A stretch of DNA of 64,000 nucleotides. It comes from Octopus sinensis. Taxonomy: Eukaryota. The first letter of the stretch is position 1, and every line of letters begins with the position of its first letter. The stretch spans positions 70,804,001 to 70,868,000 of the forward strand of contig NC_043002.1 of the NCBI RefSeq assembly GCF_006345805.1, in the 5' to 3' direction. Made by a program: the position numbers and the translations under genes. Positions 38,351 through 52,004 of the stretch are shown piece after piece. Under the pieces are notes generated by a model. That model did not search any database. It saw nothing but the letters and a program-made list of their open reading frames with translations, and had not been told where the DNA came from.

Positions 38351-39243
38351 ATATCGGTTGTAAATGTAGTTATGTAGCTAATATACATAAGATGCCGGAC
38401 TTTCACAGCGATATCAAGATAGCAACATCCATAGAATAAGAATACGGGATATGTATTAAGCGGTGAGCGCTACTTGTTCAGCCAGGTGGATCGAAAACCA
38501 AACTCTGCCACTCACTGAATCATAAAATTAATTCTGCAAATCTCGATTAGAGTATGCTTAGTTCCATCGCCATTCGTCAAAACCGATGTATGACACACCC
38601 ACTACTAAATTTCAAGGATGCAATTGAAAATTTAATACTGAATTAATAAAATATCGCTCTAGCTGGTTATGGATAATGTCTTCACACCTTTAGTTAGAAC
38701 TATTTTTCTTTCAAGCGGAATAATGTATGTTACATTACCTCGTTTATGTAGCAATCATTAATAGGTAGAAAATCATGCTAGCAGCATTCGCTCCCATACA
38801 TAAATCCATTATTATTTTTTTTGAATAATTATTATATTTACAGTGAATGCCTGTATCAAAATGCACGTGACCGATAAGTTTGGGTGTTGAGTTCAGAATC
38901 ATAGGGTTTTACGTTCGATTCCAGGATCGAAGGCACATTTTGTCAATGAACCAGAAACATCAATTTCCGTTGCTCCAGTTTACGCGCCTGAAATTAATAC
39001 CAGATAAGCGCTGAGAAAGCCCTCTCTATCCCTACACGTGTTGCAATCTGAATATTCCACTGGGTGAAGAATGCAAGGGCCGTGAGGTTGTTTATGCATG
39101 CTATTGATAACATGTACCATTAAATGAATATGTATATGAATATGGACATGTTCAGTCACACACACAATCACACACACACACACCACACATACACATACAC
39201 ACACGCACACACGCACACATACTATCACACACACATATATATA

Positions 39244-41180
39244 CTAGCAAACGTACCAGTCCTTTGAACAGTTTAATTTGCTTTGGTGGTATTCCTTTTC
39301 CTTTGTTCCAGGTGCCACCTGGGCTGAGTGAGCCGTTTCGTCAGTGGTACTCCCAGGAAGTAAATTTGAAGGAATCAGTGTTAATCGTTGCTGAAAGTAA
39401 GAATAGAGCCTATCCGATGATATGTTTTGCCCTGAACTTTGAACGTTAGCCTATAGCAGTCTTAATGAGTGGGTGACCGAACCCTGCTATATAGGAGGCA
39501 GAATTATAAACGCGAATTTTCTGTATAAATTGCAGCGAAACAGGGTGTTGACCAAGGAGTAAAGAGAAGAATGGCTGAGGGGTGTTTTGCAGGTCAGGCA
39601 AGCAAACCATTCTGTTTCAGCACCATATGCCACTTGAGGGGCTTTCAAAATGGACATATTACAGACATATCCCTCTTAACGGTCTCTCGATGAGGGGCGT
39701 AATCATCGGCAGGATTATAGTTGAGCGGCTTTGATGCACATCGAATACTCGATGGCTTCAAGTAGCCATGGCAAGAGCCTTCTGTTGAACATTAGACTGA
39801 ATCTCATCATTCGATGTTTATCATCATCTGTCACCCTCGCCGCAGAAGTTGATGCAGTGCTGCGATCCCGACGGATAGCACATTCTTTTGGGGCTTCTTC
39901 GGCCCATGTGGCCAATGTATATGCAACGTTGCGTACCCAGACGGATAGCATTCTTTTGTGGGTTTTCTACGGCCCTTGTGTCCGCAGCACGTACTCGATA
40001 GGTTTGAAGCTGCTTTAGCAGCTCTAGCAGCAAAAGCTCTTTTCAACGATCTACTGGACCCCTTGTCCTCAATTTCCTTAGCCGGCCAGCACTGCTGCCT
40101 TGCCGCTACAGAAGGCTTTCTGCCAATGCGTGCTCAGTTTTTAGGTGGCATCCTTGTATTATCTGGTGAAGGAATATGAGTTTTAGTGTACCAAGTGATT
40201 ATCGTTTCTGTTATAAGCTGACAAAAGCTTCTTTATTTCGTGTTCCTACAGGGCCTGCACATAAAGGAACAGCGATTGCCTCATAAAGTGAAATTTGTAT
40301 GGAGCTTTGTGAAAGATACGTATAGCTTTCGCTAGTGGTAGCAAAACTCTTATTGAAAGGTTGATTCTTTGGGACGAATCATACGTGATTGTTTAAAAAA
40401 GGGCTAAAACGTATTTGGAAGAATAGGCAACAGTCGAAATATAATAATGGATGGGTAAATTAGCATCCTTAAGGTGAAGCAACGCATTGGTAGGTCAACA
40501 AAGGTATTGACAAATAGAAGTGAGGAAATGGAAGATCACCTTTCAAGTAATGCAGAGTAGGTATGGGTAAACTTGCCAAAGCTTAATGCAGTTTAAGATT
40601 GGAAATTAAGATTGTTTGGTATTGGATATTCATCGTGGACAGTGTTCCTAGTCAATTTAATTATAGTCGAAAATATTCTCTAATGCTAATACACGCCTAT
40701 ATAGATTTTAAAAAGTATGGAAGACCCTTTTAAAAAAATACTATGTACATACAACGAATTTGGAAAATCTTTTAAAGAAAATTACCGGAGACATAACACG
40801 TATTGTGCTAAAAATAACAGCTAAATAAGATAAATCTTTTAAATTATCATAAACATTTATTTACATGAAAACAGAATGACAGCTTACAAATGCCATTTCA
40901 TTACCGGGTCACAGCACAGGTGGACAGTCTATATAAATAGATAGACAAAATTCTTTCACTGTTATAAAATGATTAAAAAGTATGGAAGACCCTACATAAA
41001 AAAACTATGTCCATTTACGTCCATTTACGCGGGAGTTCTGGACAAAATATTATAGTGCATGACCATCCTAGGGACATAATTAATGCGTGTGTAAAGTTTG
41101 GAGATAATCGCTTGAGAATTGTGGAAATATAGGCGTTAAACTTATACGCACATACACTGCGATTTATATATAGTATATTA
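39244..41180 (-). mobile_element. Internally deleted Helitron with N-terminal RepHel remnant
   Basis: Minus-strand reading: MPPK start at ~40151, 23-aa (69-bp) repeats EAPKECAIR/ENPQKNAIR, MSVICPF, LPDLQNTPQPFFSLLLGQHPVSLQFIQKIRVYNSA, TFKVQGKTYHRIGS, FLQIYF. 3' end CTAG followed by T at 39244. Subterminal sequence with gtaaagtttggagataatcg at 41.05-41.18 kb. Confidence 0.85.
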
Positions 41181-41243
41181 TATATAGTATATATAGTATA
41201 TAGTATGCGATTTATATGTAGTATATTATATACAGTATATATA

Positions 41244-41279
<36 letters not shown>

Positions 41280-42434
41280 TACATACACACACACATGAAT
41301 GGCTGTGTTTCAGTTTATGAGGCACTTCCAATCAAGAATCGAAGAAACCACTCAATGCATTAATAAAGTTTATATTCTTTTATTCAATATATTGACCTTA
41401 GAGCATACGCAAGCTGTTTCACTTTATTTTCGCATTCAACCTTAACCTTAGGTTGGAAATTTAGTCCGTCTTTCATAGATCTACTTCTATTTCAATAATG
41501 CGTTTCTGAAACTACTAAATTAGTTTTGTATATTAGCTAAATACTACGATGTGATACTCTTCGAACGAATTGAGAATAATATATCCCTTTAATGATGCCC
41601 TATTAATATAATACACTTCAAATTTATCTGATCGATAAATGACGGGAATAGAGATTTTTAACTGCCTAATCACAAATTAGGAATATTGATTTGATTTAGG
41701 TCTTTAACCTTCTCAAAATTTATAGACGACCAAAACAATACTTCATTATTTCCATACGTATATATTTAATAATAGATTTTCCATGTCCGTCTATGAAATA
41801 GGGAGAGAAATTTGAACGAAAATTTGCTGAAATAATGAATTAACTTAATGGTACGTAGGTATATAGTAATAGACGTATATACATATTGACAGGCATATGT
41901 ATATAATAAATGATCCACAGTTCAGCTATGAAATAGTGAGATCGATTTGGATGAATATTTACTGAAATAATTAATATTAACTTAATAATACTTCTTCGTT
42001 GACTAAATTCTATCAATAATTTCCTACTATTTATCGTCTTTCTATAGACTCGTTAAAACATTTATTTTGGCTGTATGTTATTCATTCAACTATTTTGTTT
42101 GAGTCACGCTTGACAGGGTATAATACCAGTTATACACCGTTTCGAGCTATTTTCAATCGTAATGGATCCGAAGCTGCAGAGAAAGCTACTAGATTACTTT
42201 GGATAAGGAGAGCAGGTCAATGGTTTTATTACAATGTGGATGCAAGCTGGGACGTGATCAATAGTCATTGGCTCAACTGGGTGAGGAAGTCTTGTATTCA
42301 AACACCTGAAACCCCTAAAGCCCCAGAAAAATCCCCGATTCTGCGTCTCAGAAAATCCGTGAGATAGATTTTGTAACTAACTTTGTTTTATCTATAAAGT
42401 TGGATCAACATAAACTGTTATCATATACTTTTCT

Positions 42435-42825
42435 ACTCTAGGCACAAGGCGCAAAATTTGGGGGAGGGGCCAGTCGATTAGATCGATCCCAGTATGCAAC
42501 TGGTACTTAATTTATCGATTCCGAAAGGACGAATGCAAAGTCGACCTCGGCGGAAATCGAACTCAGAACGTAATAACAGATGAAATACCTATTTCTTGAC
42601 TACCCACAAGGGGCTAAACACATAGAGGACAAACAAGGATAGACAAACGGATTAAGTCGATTATATCGACCCCAGTGCGTAACTGGTACTTATTTAATCG
42701 ACCCCGAAAGGATGAAAGGCAAAGTTGACCTCGGCGGAATTTGAACTCAGAACGTAACGGCAGACAAAATACCGCTAAACATTTCGCCGGGCGTGATAAC
42801 GTTTCTTCCAGCTCACCGCTTTCAA
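42435..42825 (-). mobile_element. SINE family B, two internal units
   Basis: Same sequence as the 7620-8535 array. Confidence 0.9.
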
Positions 42826-43063
42826 AATGCTATCATATTAAACTGTAATGGTACAGTTAACTTTACTTCTTTCTCTCATAAATATTAAATATCACACTGA
42901 GCCGTATTATAGGCATTCATAAATCAATTAAGCATTTTCGATTTATTTCTACTAAGTATATGGAATAATGACCAAATATCTTATACCTGTCAGCCTAATT
43001 GCTAAAAACAGAACGAATCGACTTAACCGTAACAAGTAGTAGATGAATAACAAGCATTTGAAA

Positions 43064-43600
43064 AAATCTGCCTAGCAAATCATATGTCCAATAAAATCTG
43101 TCCATCAAATTATATATCGGAAAAATCTGCCCATCAAATTAATTATGGAAAAACATCTACCCATCAAATTATATATGGAAAAACATCTGTCCATCATAGT
43201 ATATATCGAAAAAATATCCCCATCTAACTATATGTCGAAAAAAGATCTGACCATCAAATTATATATCGAATAAAATCTGCCACCTAATTATGTTACTCCC
43301 CCAAAATTTGCCCATCAGATTATATATTGAATAAAATCTGCCCATCAAATTATATATTGTAAAAAATCTGCCCATGAAATTATATATCGAGAAACATCTG
43401 CCCATCAAATTATACATCAAAAAAATTATACCCGTCAAATTATATATCACATAAAATCTGCCCATCAAACTATATATCGAATAAAATTTGCCCATCAAAT
43501 TATATATTGTAGAATATCTTCCCATCAAATTATATATCGAAAAAATTCTCCCCATCAAAATTATGTTGAGAAATATCTGCCCATCAAATTATATATCCCA
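43064..43600. repeat. Minisatellite, ~18 copies of a 30-bp unit (aaaaatctgcccatcaaattatatatcga)
   Basis: Regular ccatcaaattatata spacing; gives the 10-aa IYNLMGRFYS repeat in the minus ORF. Confidence 0.95.
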
Positions 43601-44050
43601 ATTTAGACACAAGGGCAAAACTGCTGATGTAAACAGTGTAATCGATTAAAACGACATAAGTCCTAGACTAGTACCTTATTTTATGGACCATGCAGGGATG
43701 ATAGATAAAGTTGACCACAGTGGAAACTGAACTGGGAGTAGAAATAACTAGAAGAGATAACAGAGCATTTCATCTGATTTTCTAACGATCCTACCATCTC
43801 GATAGCTTAAGCATCCAATTTAATGTTTTCTGTCCGCGGACAGCAAGTTTCCGATCGGACAGCAATTTTCCGATCAGTGGGTTAATCGATGCATCGATCT
43901 AAATACGCGATTGGTACTTCAGATTATCGAACCTGAGGAGGTGAAAGCCAAGTTCAACGCAGAAAGATTGGAATATAGACTGTAAACAGCCGGCAGAAAT
44001 ACCACAAAGAATATTTCCAATGCTATAAGGATTCTGCCTGCCCAACATTC
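43600..44050 (-). mobile_element. Two highly degenerate SINE family B remnants
   Basis: Residual gtgtaatcgatta, aaagttgacc and tggtactt...ttatcga motifs in family B order. Confidence 0.5.
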
Positions 44051-45035
44051 TAGATACACAATACGATGAATGAATTCTTCATTAATATAATTTTAATATC
44101 ATTGATATTTCATCGTGAAATGCAAGACAAAATTTATTCCGTTTGAGTTGAAATCTGTCATTTAAACATGTTGCTTCCATAGTGCTTTATTTAGACACAT
44201 GACCGTTAACATCACGGACTTCTTTTTAGCAATTACTTGACTTATTCATTGTTTAAGCTTCTAGAATTTTCGTTTGTGCGATTTTTTTTTGTGTGACAGT
44301 GTACCGCGTGTGTATGTGTGTGTGTGTGTGTGTGTGCGTGCGCGCGCGCGTGATATATTGCTATTGTTGTTTTTCCTAATTTAAACTTCTATATGTATGT
44401 TAATCGATGATGAAATCACATTTCTATGTCCCAAGAGGTGTGAAAACATTCTAACAGTTTGTCTATGATTGGAAGTCAATATCTGGAATAAAACACACAC
44501 ATCCATACCCATATGCACACACATATGCATACACACATGTTTATAGATACATTAATGGTTAGTGACAACTACGGAAGCTCGACGTTGTCACTCGAATTTT
44601 ACCAGAAATAGCAGCCAAACCTCCCACAACATATAGAACTATTCGATAATGTAATCTTGGACCACCAAATCTGAATGATTCCATAAGGATCACATCTGGA
44701 ACACCTTTGGTCACAGGTTACTTTAATCAAGGGGAAATAGGCTATAAACATTAAAAGAAAAATAAATTTAATCAAGACTGGAGTCGCAGTGTTGTCATTC
44801 GATGTGCCAATATTAGCAGTGAACTCTTCTCCAAAATACATCCTACAGACATGAAAAAAAAAATTAACAGAATCGGAAACTGTGGCCTTTAAATATACAA
44901 ATGTATCTGTCGATCATCGCTGAAATATCTTTTGCCATAGATCTTCTTTATCTCTGATAACCCGGAACTTAACAATAACAACACAAAATCAAATATAAAG
45001 ACCAAAAATAACAAACTTAAACAATTTAAACAGCG

Positions 45036-45071
<36 letters not shown>

Positions 45072-46034
45072 TCATCAACAACAATAACGCATGTTTAATC
45101 GCACTGAAACTTCAAGATAAGAATATCCATGCTGTAAGTTTATGATAAAACTATTGTAACCAGTGAATAAACCACATTCTAATATGTCTGAGACCAATAA
45201 GTACCACATTAAGATGTGTACGATAGATATTCATTCTGAGATAAAGCAAGATGGCACCGAATCGAAACATAAAATTAAGTAGGCTAACAATGAGTCTAGT
45301 TTTTATCATACAGATCTCTCAAGGAAATTTAGTTTCAAATGCAATTTAGCAATTTGTTTACTAAAATTAATCAAAGCAAATCGCAACCTCAGCAAATTCA
45401 CAGCTATTAAATTTGTATTTGAAGATCGAAAACATACTCCTATCTTCTTCAATTCGTCGATATAGTGCTATATTCCTCAATATACTGGACGTAGGAACTT
45501 GAAAGATAATTCAACACGGTAGATATTTGTATTCTTCAAGTTAATATATATGCGTGTATATGTGTTATGTTGTAAATTCTTCTGTGTGTTAAATAATACT
45601 AATGATATTCTACAAACTCACCATAGTAGCTATGAGCTTATATTCATAGGAAAAGGTTAATTGCTTTGCCTCTGTAACATTTCACCTCAGTCATTGACGT
45701 AATTCATTTTCACAATAATATAAGACTTCCAAATGCAATGCGGTTATATACTTCATATGACATTTCATTAGCTTAAATGAACACATATTATCAATTTATT
45801 CAATTTATCATCTCTATAAATACAAAAACCAATTTGTAAGTTAGACATGAATGTCCTGCTCTAAACAGAAAGTCTAGTCATTTAAGCCGCAAGATTAATA
45901 ATAAATTATTTCATTCGGACAAAGCTATAAATTTCTTTGCTGAAAGCATGGTCCCAGTTGTATGACTGCTATAAAGTTTTATGAAATATAATGACGAAAG
46001 TCATAGAGTGATGTTAATGTAAAGTTAAACAAAA

Positions 46035-46205
46035 TAGGCGCAGGAGTGGATGTGTGGTAAATAGCTTGCTGACCAACCACGGGGTTCTGGGTTCAGTCCC
46101 ACAGCGTGGCACCTTGAGCAAGTGTCTTCCACTATAGCCTCGGGCCGACCAATGCTCTGTGAGTGGATTTGGTAGACGGAAACTGAAAGAAGCCCCTCGT
46201 ATATA

Positions 46206-46264
<59 letters not shown>

Positions 46265-46480
46265 GTGTATATGTTTTGTGTGACTGTGTTTGTCCCCCCA
46301 ACATCGCTGGACAACCGATGCTGGTGTGTTTGTGTCCCCGTAACTTAGCGCTTCGGCAAATAAGACCGATAGAATAACTACTAGGATTACAAAGAATAAG
46401 TTCTGGGGTCGATTGCCTCGACTAAAGGCGCTGCTCCGGCATGGCCGCAGTCAAATGACTGAAACAAATAAAAGAATAAG
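46035..46480 (+). mobile_element. SINE family A, full length
   Basis: Complete from head ggcgcaggagtgg to gactgaaacaaataaaag, with internal (TA)n. Confidence 0.93.
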
Positions 46481-46899
46481 ATATTCAGTAGAGGATGTTT
46501 TCTGTAAAGATATTCAGTAAGGGATATTTTCAGTTCAGCATATTGATAATCATTTTATTGTTATCTGCAATAATATCAATACTTGTATATACTGAGCAGG
46601 TTAAGCTGCTATGCATGTTATTTCGATTTGATTAGATCGGGAAATATCTTCCCGAATGTCTAATGCTGAGTAAGATGAATTTAATCCGATTACTGAAGAT
46701 AAACCTATTTATATTTGTCAATTGAAATATAGGACCCTGGAACTTAAGTTCTAATGAATTAATTTAAGGCTTTATTAATTATCCGCAATTATTCTCCAAA
46801 TTACCACTTGAAGATAATCTGAGTCAATTAGATGAACTTGTTAATGAACTATAAATGTGAATTTGTGTAGCATTATTTGGTGTTTGTCGAGCGTCGCAC

Positions 46900-47220
46900 A
46901 CATTGACTGGAAGTATTTCTTCCACGTCTTTACATTCTGAGTTCAAATCCGTCTGATGACAACAGTGCCTTTCATCCTTCCGAGAACAGTAAAATAAGTA
47001 CTGAACTTGATGGTATCAATTAACTCCTTCGCTACAGATTCCAGAACTTGTGCATATAATATTTGATTATGTTACGGGAAGCTATTATTCAAATTTCACC
47101 GAGGCCGACTTTGACGTTCATCATTTCGGGGTAGCTAAAATAAGCACCAGTTAAGTACTGGTGTCTATATAATCGACTAGCCAGCCACGAATGTCAGGCC
47201 TTGTGCCTATAACAGAAATA
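46900..47220 (+). mobile_element. Two degenerate SINE family B fragments
   Basis: ttctgagttcaaatcc...gcctttcatccttcc...aaataagtac, and ccgaggccgactttgac...ttcggggt...accagtt...taatcgactag. Confidence 0.6.
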
Positions 47221-48080
47221 ATTAACATGTTATCATCGTGTGTATTGGCGTAAGTCAACCAGCTTCTAAAGTTTCATTAGATTTCGTTGTAAATTATTTG
47301 CTTACTGTTATTAAATTTTGATAAAATTTTAAACTAGGTCCCTATTTCACTAAGTAAAGAGAGCAACCGGCATATTGTGCCCTAAGGGGCAGAATTGTTG
47401 TAATATTTGTTTGCTTTTGTCTATTTAGTTTACATTGGAATTATGGCGTCATATGTGCCCAGTGTCGGATTGAGTGAGAAGGTACCAGCAAAACCTCATA
47501 CTATTACTAGCTTCATGATAAAGCAAAGCACGAAAAAAAGATTCACAGCAGAACATCACCGCTAGCAGTATTAACAACAACAATAACAACAGCATCAACA
47601 ACCGCCACAGCAGTAGCAATAACTACAACAAGAATAATATCAAAGTGTGTGGTGGGTGTAACTGCAGCATTGAGAAATCGTTTGCTGGGATGGCAAAGAA
47701 ATTACTTCTGCCTCTCCTACTTTCTTAGATGCAGGCAAAACAGCTTCTGAAGATAAATGAAAGGAGAGTACAATTTACTATACAGCCGAGTATTTAGCAG
47801 TAACCGCACGAGAGACGGGAGTGTGTCACCTTTTGCTGGTGAAAAATTCAAAATATGAAGTTGGAACACACAATCAACTGATAATGAGCCCTGATAAATA
47901 TATGTGCAAATATAACCCATGTCATCATAACAAGACAGTTCGATGGCCTGGAAGTCTTTTTGAAGAACAAAATACGTTGAAGCACTCCATATCTCTCATA
48001 TGTGACAGAAACACTTCAAACACAGCTGCAGCGAACTGGATGTTTTTCAGGGTTTTGGCAGCTTAACAAAAAGAATTATA

Positions 48081-48488
48081 ACGTAGGAGTAGCTGTGTGG
48101 TAAGTAGTTTGCTTACGAACGACATGGTTCCGGTTTCAGTCCCACTGCGTGGCACCTTGTGCAAGGGTTTTCTAATATAGCCCCGGGCCGACCAAAGCCT
48201 TCTGAGTGGATTTGGTAGACGGAAACTGAAAGAAACCCGTTGTATATATGTAATATATATATGTGTGTGTGTGTATGTATATGTTTGTGCGTCTGTGTTT
48301 GTCCCCCCAACATCGCTGGACAACCGATGCTGGTGTGTTTACGTCCTCGTAACTTAGCGGTTCGGCAAAAGAAACCGATATAATAAGTACTAGCCTTACA
48401 AAGAATAAGTCCTGGGTTCGATTTGCTCGACTAAAAGGCGGTGCTCCAGTATGGCCACAGTCAAATGACTTAAACAAGTAAAAAGAGT
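48081..48488 (+). mobile_element. SINE family A, full length
   Basis: Matches 46035-46480 throughout. Confidence 0.93.
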
Positions 48489-50489
48489 AACTCACTCAGT
48501 AGTTTGAGATACAGAAACGTCTGGCAATACTGAATTACATTACGCATCATTTCTCATTAAACCTACTTTAAAGTTGCTGTTCTCTATTTTGTATTAACTC
48601 CAATCATTTTCGAAGAAGAGATATTGGAGCTTATCCAACGTGATTAAATCGTAGGAAGAATAATTTACTATTGATTGAGGTACATAATAAAGTGTTTTTC
48701 AATCGCAGATTTTTGTCCCTGAATAGGATACTTTTCTTCCTCCGTGCCCATTGCTTCTTGCGCAATGTACAGAATGACAGAGGAGGACGCGCAAGAATGA
48801 TTTTGCAACAGGAACACATTTGCGCCGTTTAAAATAGCTGTGCGTTTTAGGTTTCTTGGTTTAAATGCTTGCTATGCAACACTTGCTAGAATGGAATAAA
48901 CCTGTTAGAGATTTTCTGAGTGAAAAGCCATTTTTTGAATGCTGAGGTGTCTTTCTTGATTGAGAAACAAACACAAACAAAATGGCAGAAAAGCGAACGT
49001 ATTGCATCTGTTATATTTGGATAACTCCATCGCAGCTATTTGATTTATTTGAGCAAACAATGCACAACCAGGTCTCTTATGGACATATTGGCAATCGTAT
49101 TTGATGAAGTGTATTGAATTGCAAAATTACAAATTAATGTTTGCTTTAAATGTCTTGATCAGGAATAGACGGAAAAGAGCTATACATCTGATAGCAATTT
49201 TGTTTCGTCCAACCAATCATATTCCTCTAGGTAGCAGATAGATATTGTTACTAGTTAAAGTATATTGGCCAATGACTCTGAAAAACATATTTGGCATCTC
49301 ATCACTTTCTTGTCTTCCATGTAAGGTTAAGTTTTGTCGAGGTGACAAACATATCATTATTAATTAACTGGGATTTCACTATATTAAAACGCGCACGCAT
49401 TTTTCAACAATTGGCTTCTTAAGCTTTGCTGATATATCAAAATCAATGTAATTATACATGTGCCAGCCTTCTTGCTATTCTATGGTTTAGATTAGACAAC
49501 TCAACTGAACAGCATTTAGCCCACAAATCCATCGTACTTCTCCCTTGGTATGATACTATAGCTATGAATGCACGTCCTCCTAGGAGAATCACTTCTTGTT
49601 TGTTTTTATATTTGTCGTTACAAGTGAAAGTATTGAGAAATTATTGTCAGACAAAACGGTGAATGTATCTCAGAATAATTTCTTCTCAGTCATGCAGGTT
49701 TAGAGAGTTAACGCTAAAACTTGAAAGAAAAATACACAATTGGCCTTTAACGAAGTAATTATTGATAGCCTTTTCTAAGTGTATATAAATGTCTTATATC
49801 AGCGCTTTTTTTAATGAGTTCTAATGTACTACAGTCTCTCAGGTTGTATATTAAGAGCATTGTCAATTGTATACTGGTGGTAAATTGGTTTGCTTCAATG
49901 AAACTGACTGAATTTATTGTCTTCAATTATGAAAGGTTAGACAGATAAGACAATATACGAGACAGATTTGAAAATCTAATGCTGCTTATGGTATTCGAAA
50001 GTAAGATATTGAGATAGAAAGGAGAGAATATTGTCGCACATCATAGGGCATGTGTCTCATTCATATAGTGGACCGTGTAGATTTTGCACTTGAGTATTTT
50101 GTTTATCTTGTCATTTGGCCCTCCACCCATGTATAACAGAAACATCATTACATTTAAGTATATTGAAATGGCGTACATTTTCCCAGAGGGAACCTTGTTG
50201 ATATCAGTGACAATATATATCTCCAAGAAGGATATAGGCATCAATGCATACTTGAAACTTCAGAAATGGCTGTTCCTTGAATGGATCGTCTCTTTATCTT
50301 TCCCAATTTTTTAATCTCCAACTCTTTCTATTCCCCAATCTTTCTATCTCCCATTCTTTCAGTTTCTCATTCTCTGACACTTCATCATTGTTTACATTTC
50401 TATAATTTCTTGATGTTACATTCGACAAAGATTGCTCACATTTACAAATGCGTTACATCATTCATTTCCCTAAAAATTGCACTTATAGG

Positions 50490-50705
50490 GGCGACGAGCT
50501 GGCAGAATCGTTAGCACGTCAGGCAAAATTCTTAGCGGCATGTCGTCGGTCTTTACTTTCTGAGTTCAAATTCTGCCGAGGTCGACTTTGTCTTTCATCC
50601 CTTTTGGCGTTGATAAGATAAGTACCTGTTGAACACTGGGATCGATGAGAAGACTAACTTCTCCCGAAAACTGCTGGCATTGTGCCAATATTTGAAACCA
50701 ATAAT
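50490..50705 (+). mobile_element. SINE family B variant
   Basis: gacgagctggcagaatcgttagcacg...tctgagttcaaattctgccgaggtcgactttg. Confidence 0.8.
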
Positions 50706-52004
50706 AGGAGAGAGAGTGAGAGTAAAGGAAGTCAATAAGGTTAAGGTAGCGAATAGGAAAGTAATCAAAAGCATCACAATTGAAGAAGAAATAGAAACAG
50801 AGCGGGACATAGAATGGTTGATGATATCTTAGTTGCAGCTTTAGAGAGAAGAAATGACAATGAAATATGGAAAAATAAAAGAAATTAAAGGTCACAGAGA
50901 GAGAGAGAGGGGGGAAGGGATGGCAAGTGAGAAAGAGGGAGAGAGAGATGAGAAAAAGGTAGGGAGAGACTATAAATGGAAGCAGTAAAACCGTCAATGA
51001 AGAATGAGGAAAGGCAAATGAGAAATATCTGAGAGAGAGAGGAGAAAGAAAGAGAGGGGGGATAGAGAGACGAGGGATAGAGAGAGGGGATAGATAGATA
51101 GAGAGAGACGGGGGATATGCACACAAAAATGTTCATGGTGGTGGTGGTGGTAGTACTTGTGGGGGTGGGTGTTTTTGCATGCATGATGTGTGCGTGGGTG
51201 TTAGAAACGTCATTCGTTTCAATTACATATTGCAAATACGATCGAGTTCTTATTCAATTATATTTCTGATTTTTTATTTCAGATTTTCAAATGCAAATCA
51301 TAAGAATTATAATGTCCCATGATCCCTCATCACATCATTGTTTCAAAATCCATCTTTTTAAAAAAATCTTTTGTAGTAACACTGATTGATATAGAATGAT
51401 TTAGAATCATTATATTAGCATTTCATATATAATATTTGTATAAGAAAAAAAATCTTAGGTAAATTAATCATAAAAAAAAAGCAAAAATTTGAATTTGCAA
51501 CATATTTCAGACATATTTTTAAAACGTGCAAACATATGTATACCAGAACCCGAACACACATGCGCGCGCGTACATATGCAAAGGCATACATGCACACACA
51601 CGCGCGCACACACAGGTGGACATATACATACACACACGCACATTTATATTTCCATTCGTTTGGAACATCCTTCCTCATAGATTCATTTGATCATATCAGC
51701 CTTGGTTCAAAAGATATACAACCAAACAGACTTTGGATCAATGATAGATGACTTCTATGTAGTTTACAACCTGGTTGATTACGTACTCATGAGGAAAGGA
51801 ATCTGAGTAATCTTAAACTTGAAGAAAGATTAGTGAGACACTGAAAGCCTTGGGGAAGATAAATTAGGAATGAAATGCCCGGTGAGCAAAATTTCTCTAA
51901 CAAAGCATGTACCATGGATAAATAAATAAATAAATAAATAAAGATCAACTATCCATTCTGGATTGTATGGAATATATACTGGATTCTGTGGAATATATAC
52001 TGGA

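Noticed and set aside
39312-39396. Apparent plus-strand exon with strong splice sites (VPPGLSEPFRQWYSQEV...)
   Set aside because: Lies antisense within the Helitron coding remnant; at most a cryptic exon.
40140-40153. Identical 13-mer ttaggtggcatcc at the Helitron and Tigger (52809-52821) starts
   Set aside because: Both encode an MPPK start on the minus strand; similarity does not extend, so it is treated as coincidence.
44599-44845. Minus-strand ORF/exon candidates (MYFGEEF...; GVPDVILMESFRFGG...)
   Set aside because: Frames are mutually inconsistent, and part of the sequence (gaaatagcagcc) matches a dispersed repeat seen at 28.3, 28.9 and 37.0 kb.
47725-47770. Strong acceptor followed by DAGKT, resembling a GTPase P-loop
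   Set aside because: A stop follows within ten codons, with no further GTPase motifs.
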